Part shown: positions 36,345 through 39,547 of the stretch, one piece after another
Numbering within the stretch: position 1 is the stretch's first letter
How the letters are laid out: every line of letters begins with the position of its first letter
Assembly (NCBI RefSeq): GCF_001194135.2
Contig: NC_068981.1
Coordinates: 149,703,683 to 149,743,229, forward strand
From: Octopus bimaculoides
Lineage: Eukaryota
DNA: 39,547 nt
Reading direction: 5' to 3'
The notes under the pieces: generated by a model
Databases searched by the model: none
Told to the model about the DNA's origin: nothing
The model's input: the letters and a program-made list of their open reading frames with translations, nothing else
Made by a program: the position numbers and the translations under genes

Positions 36345-36405
36345 ACTTCGGGCCGACTAAAACCTTATAAGAGGATTTGGTAGACGGAAGCGGAAAGAAC
36401 CCCAC

Positions 36406-36466
<61 letters not shown>

Positions 36467-36662
36467 CTATGTATGTCTTTGTATCTGTACATGAACTCCA
36501 TCACACCTTCACAACCGGTATCGGTGTGCTTACATCTCTACAACCTAGGAGTTCCACAAAAGAGACCGACAGAATGAGTACAAGGTATAAAAATGTAAAT
36601 GGTGGTGTCGATTTGTTCGACCAAGACCGTTCAAAGTAGTACTCCAGTATGGCCAGAGTCAA
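36345..36662 (+). mobile_element. tRNA-derived SINE (5'-truncated) with internal (TA)/(TG) microsatellite
   Basis: cttcgggccgactaaaaccttataagaggatttggtagacgg, then microsatellite, then aagagaccgacagaatgagtac..gtcgatttgttcgac..ccagtatggccagagtcaa. Confidence 0.8.
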
Positions 36663-36679
36663 CTTAAAAGAATATATAT

Positions 36680-36847
36680 TTTTTTCTCTTCTTGTTTCTC
36701 TCCTTGTTTCTTTCTGTGTTCTTTTCTGTGGAAGAGCGTACGCTCGAAACGTTAAAGATTTTTTCAATTCCCGAGCGTTATACTAACACATCTGTTTGTT
36801 TTATACACCACCTGTCTTCGTCTTTTGTTTTTTTTTTTGTGAATTCT

Positions 36848-36850
<3 letters not shown>
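36680..36850 (+). mobile_element. Solo Penelope-type terminal repeat with hammerhead motif (36722-36757)
   Basis: TTTT-CTGTGGA-A-GAGC-GTAC-GCTC-GAAAC-GTT-AAAG. Homologous to 31260-31400. Confidence 0.7.
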
Positions 36851-36886
<36 letters not shown>

Positions 36887-38517
36887 TCCCTTTTCAGAAA
36901 TCATTTGCATGTATGTCTGATTCATTCACTCTTTTCGTTCCCCAGTCTCTATTCCCAACGCAGCCTATCTGCGTGTGTTTTTCTACTGATAAAGCTAAAA
37001 TGAAAATGCAAACATTAATCTTTGAAGGGACAGATATTTAACTTCTTTGTGCATGTTTAACATGCTAGCGATATCAACGAGGCAGAATGTCAGTGGCCAG
37101 GTTGTGAATATAATCCATCAAGCTATTTCCTATAGTATAAAATAAAGCAATGAAAAAAATGCCAACATGTGTTGGTTGCATGTTTCAATATTGCTTGTGT
37201 TTAATTAGCAATTAATATGATGAAATCAAAACGGCAGTGATATTTTATATTGTTTGCATTGATTTTATTGAATATTTTACTTTTAGATATGAACACTAAA
37301 CTACTTGATATCGGCAACATTATATCAGCTCTACAATATATCAGAGCTAGGCGCTACGCGGTAGCTTGGATAATGAGAGTTAGCCACAAACGTGCAACGT
37401 GTGGTTTCTGAGCAATCTGTAACTATATTCAACCCTTTCAGAATAGGATAATATAAATTCTGGTAGAATTTGTAATAACGTCATCAACATCAAAACGGGG
37501 TGATCTTAATAGCAATGCCATCGATTATACCCCTACTGAGTTAACACTGATATGCAGCTAAACAATAACAATGGCAACGAATTCAACGATATCAGAACGT
37601 TGACCCAAAAATACGTTGCAACGCTGATTTTCCTTGTGGTAAGAAGAGAAATATGTTAAGTAAGTATCACGAATACTTATTTACTGACCTTTTCCTAATC
37701 AAGTACTGAGTAGGATCTACGTACAATTAACACTAGCCATTGAAAGAAATCATTCTTAAATATATACACACAATATAAAGTGTGACGTGTATGGAAAAAT
37801 TTCTTGAAAAATGAAGTTACGTTCCTTTATAATATATATATTTGAAAACAGTTACTGCGCTACTTTTACCATTTTAGATCGTTAAAATAGTTAAGTTGCA
37901 ACTATTACTAAGAGTCTCGTCAAATCCATTCTAACCTCACTCAACGAAAGTAACCTTCTGCGAAGGTTAGAAAGCAATGTATATACGAGCTAAATTTTAT
38001 CTTTTAGCTTCATATAAATTCTAGAGTTGTTACAGATCTCCTGCTCATGCTTTAGCAATTTATAAACAAAACCGCTATTATATTGTGACTGTATTTAGCA
38101 ATGTGAGGACTATATAGAATAAATAATGTGCGTATAATCAACAATATTTGAAGACTAGTTCGAATGCTGAACAAAAACTCTGTCTTCATTTGTTACCATT
38201 CTGCATTCAAACTCACGTAGGTTTTGTTTTTCCTTCTATATCTATGGAGTCGGTGCATTACGATCAATAACATACATTTTATTTCATCCTTACAGAATTA
38301 TATTATTAAGCGAGAAATAAACACCTGTTTGGAAATAAATATTTTATATATTGCATCCTCAGACGAAGAACAGCGTAATGCACTTGTTTTCGTTTTTCTT
38401 TTCTTTTTGCGGAGCCTCTGAATTTGTTGGAAAAAATGGGGGAAAAGCCTCGACTCCTTGGTTAATTTTGAAACAGATATATTACATATATATATATATT
38501 ATAAATATCATCTAGAG

Positions 38518-38851
38518 AAGGAGTTCTCAACCATTTTTTATCCATGGATGCCATTGATTATTATTTTATTCTGGTAGACTCCCATAGCCATTCAAGGTTT
38601 AATGACTAGGTTATATAAATATATTTCTTATAAAATTCCGTTCTCACTTTTCGCACAAAACTTTGTGTCGGTTGAACTATGTAAAATGTGAGAGAAAGAA
38701 TCGTAGCTATTTTTTGCAATACATATCAAAACATACATCTTACACAAATCTTTTTTCAGGGGCCCTTAAAATACTACCTGTGGATGCCCAGTTTACTATT
38801 TTGTTGCATGGACCCAAAAAAATCTCATATGTATTCTGGTTGAAACCACTG
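38518..38851. mobile_element. hAT (Charlie-like) MITE, 334 bp
   Basis: TIRs aaggagttctcaacca and tggttgaaaccactg. 8-bp TSD atctagag (38510-38517) / atctatag (38852-38859), fitting the NTCTAGAN Charlie target consensus. Confidence 0.82.
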
Positions 38852-39273
38852 ATCTATAGAATGAAACACCAACAGACCCGCAGACAGAGCATGAATCACA
38901 CAATCACGTAAAGTGCAACAGAGATATGGATAACACTACATGAATGACAGGCAAACTATTGTATTATCAGTAACGAGGTCTATCTGCAAGCAATAGGAAC
39001 ATGTTTTGACTTTCGTCTTTGAGTCTTTTGCTCCTTCATAGCTGTCTAAATTTGGTGCTTATAAGGTTAAACAAATCCAAGCAGTAACACTTTCAAATGA
39101 ATAAATTCGGTGTAATCCTTCTTCTGAATGCTTCATATATAATAATGCTTGTAACACAGCACAAAAATTATTTGCAGAAATAGGAAAACATATAATGGAA
39201 ACAATGGCATTTTTTTCTCTCATTTCTCTTTCCTCTTAGACTTATGATTACTATAATTTTTGCTTATATAAAT

Positions 39274-39274
<1 letters not shown>

Positions 39275-39351
<77 letters not shown>

Positions 39352-39480
39352 GGGTGTGTGTGTGTGAGTGTATGTATATGTATATAAATATACATATATA
39401 TACACACATATTTATATATAGACACATTTATATGCGCATATGTTTGTAAATGTATATATATATATATATATATATATTAT
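39275..39480. repeat. Compound (TA)/(TG) microsatellite
   Basis: Directly visible. Confidence 0.95.
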
Positions 39481-39547
39481 TATATTTATCTTATGATATT
39501 TACTTTACTTTATATTATACTCATTTATTGTGCTTTTAATTATTAAT

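Overview
AT-rich animal genomic DNA with dense (TA)n/(CA)n/(TACA)n microsatellites, six N gaps and tRNA-derived SINEs. The repeat content resembles cephalopod (octopus-type) DNA; this is recalled similarity, not verified. No complete host gene is visible, and most sequence looks intronic or intergenic, with one reasonable plus-strand exon candidate (9830-9937). The window is dominated by decayed mobile elements: R4/Dong-type RLE LINE pieces in (TAA)n, two Tx1/L1-clade LINEs, a CR1-type RT fragment, a probable RTE 5' end, Penelope-like pieces with hammerhead-like motifs, three IS630/Tc1/mariner transposons (DD37D, DD34E Tc1-type, and an IS630-like one with ~250-bp TIRs), a hAT MITE and several SINEs. 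The main result is a 7-kb nested composite (18522-25560). It is a TA-flanked long-TIR DDE transposon carrying a full-length 5-kb Tx1-like LINE, with a ~26-bp target-site duplication, between its left TIR and its transposase. This resembles the Xenopus Tx1D/Tx1L composite. A second Tx1-like copy sits in a Dong element at a similar-looking target sequence. All alignments and coordinates were read by eye; element boundaries without TSD/TIR support are approximate.
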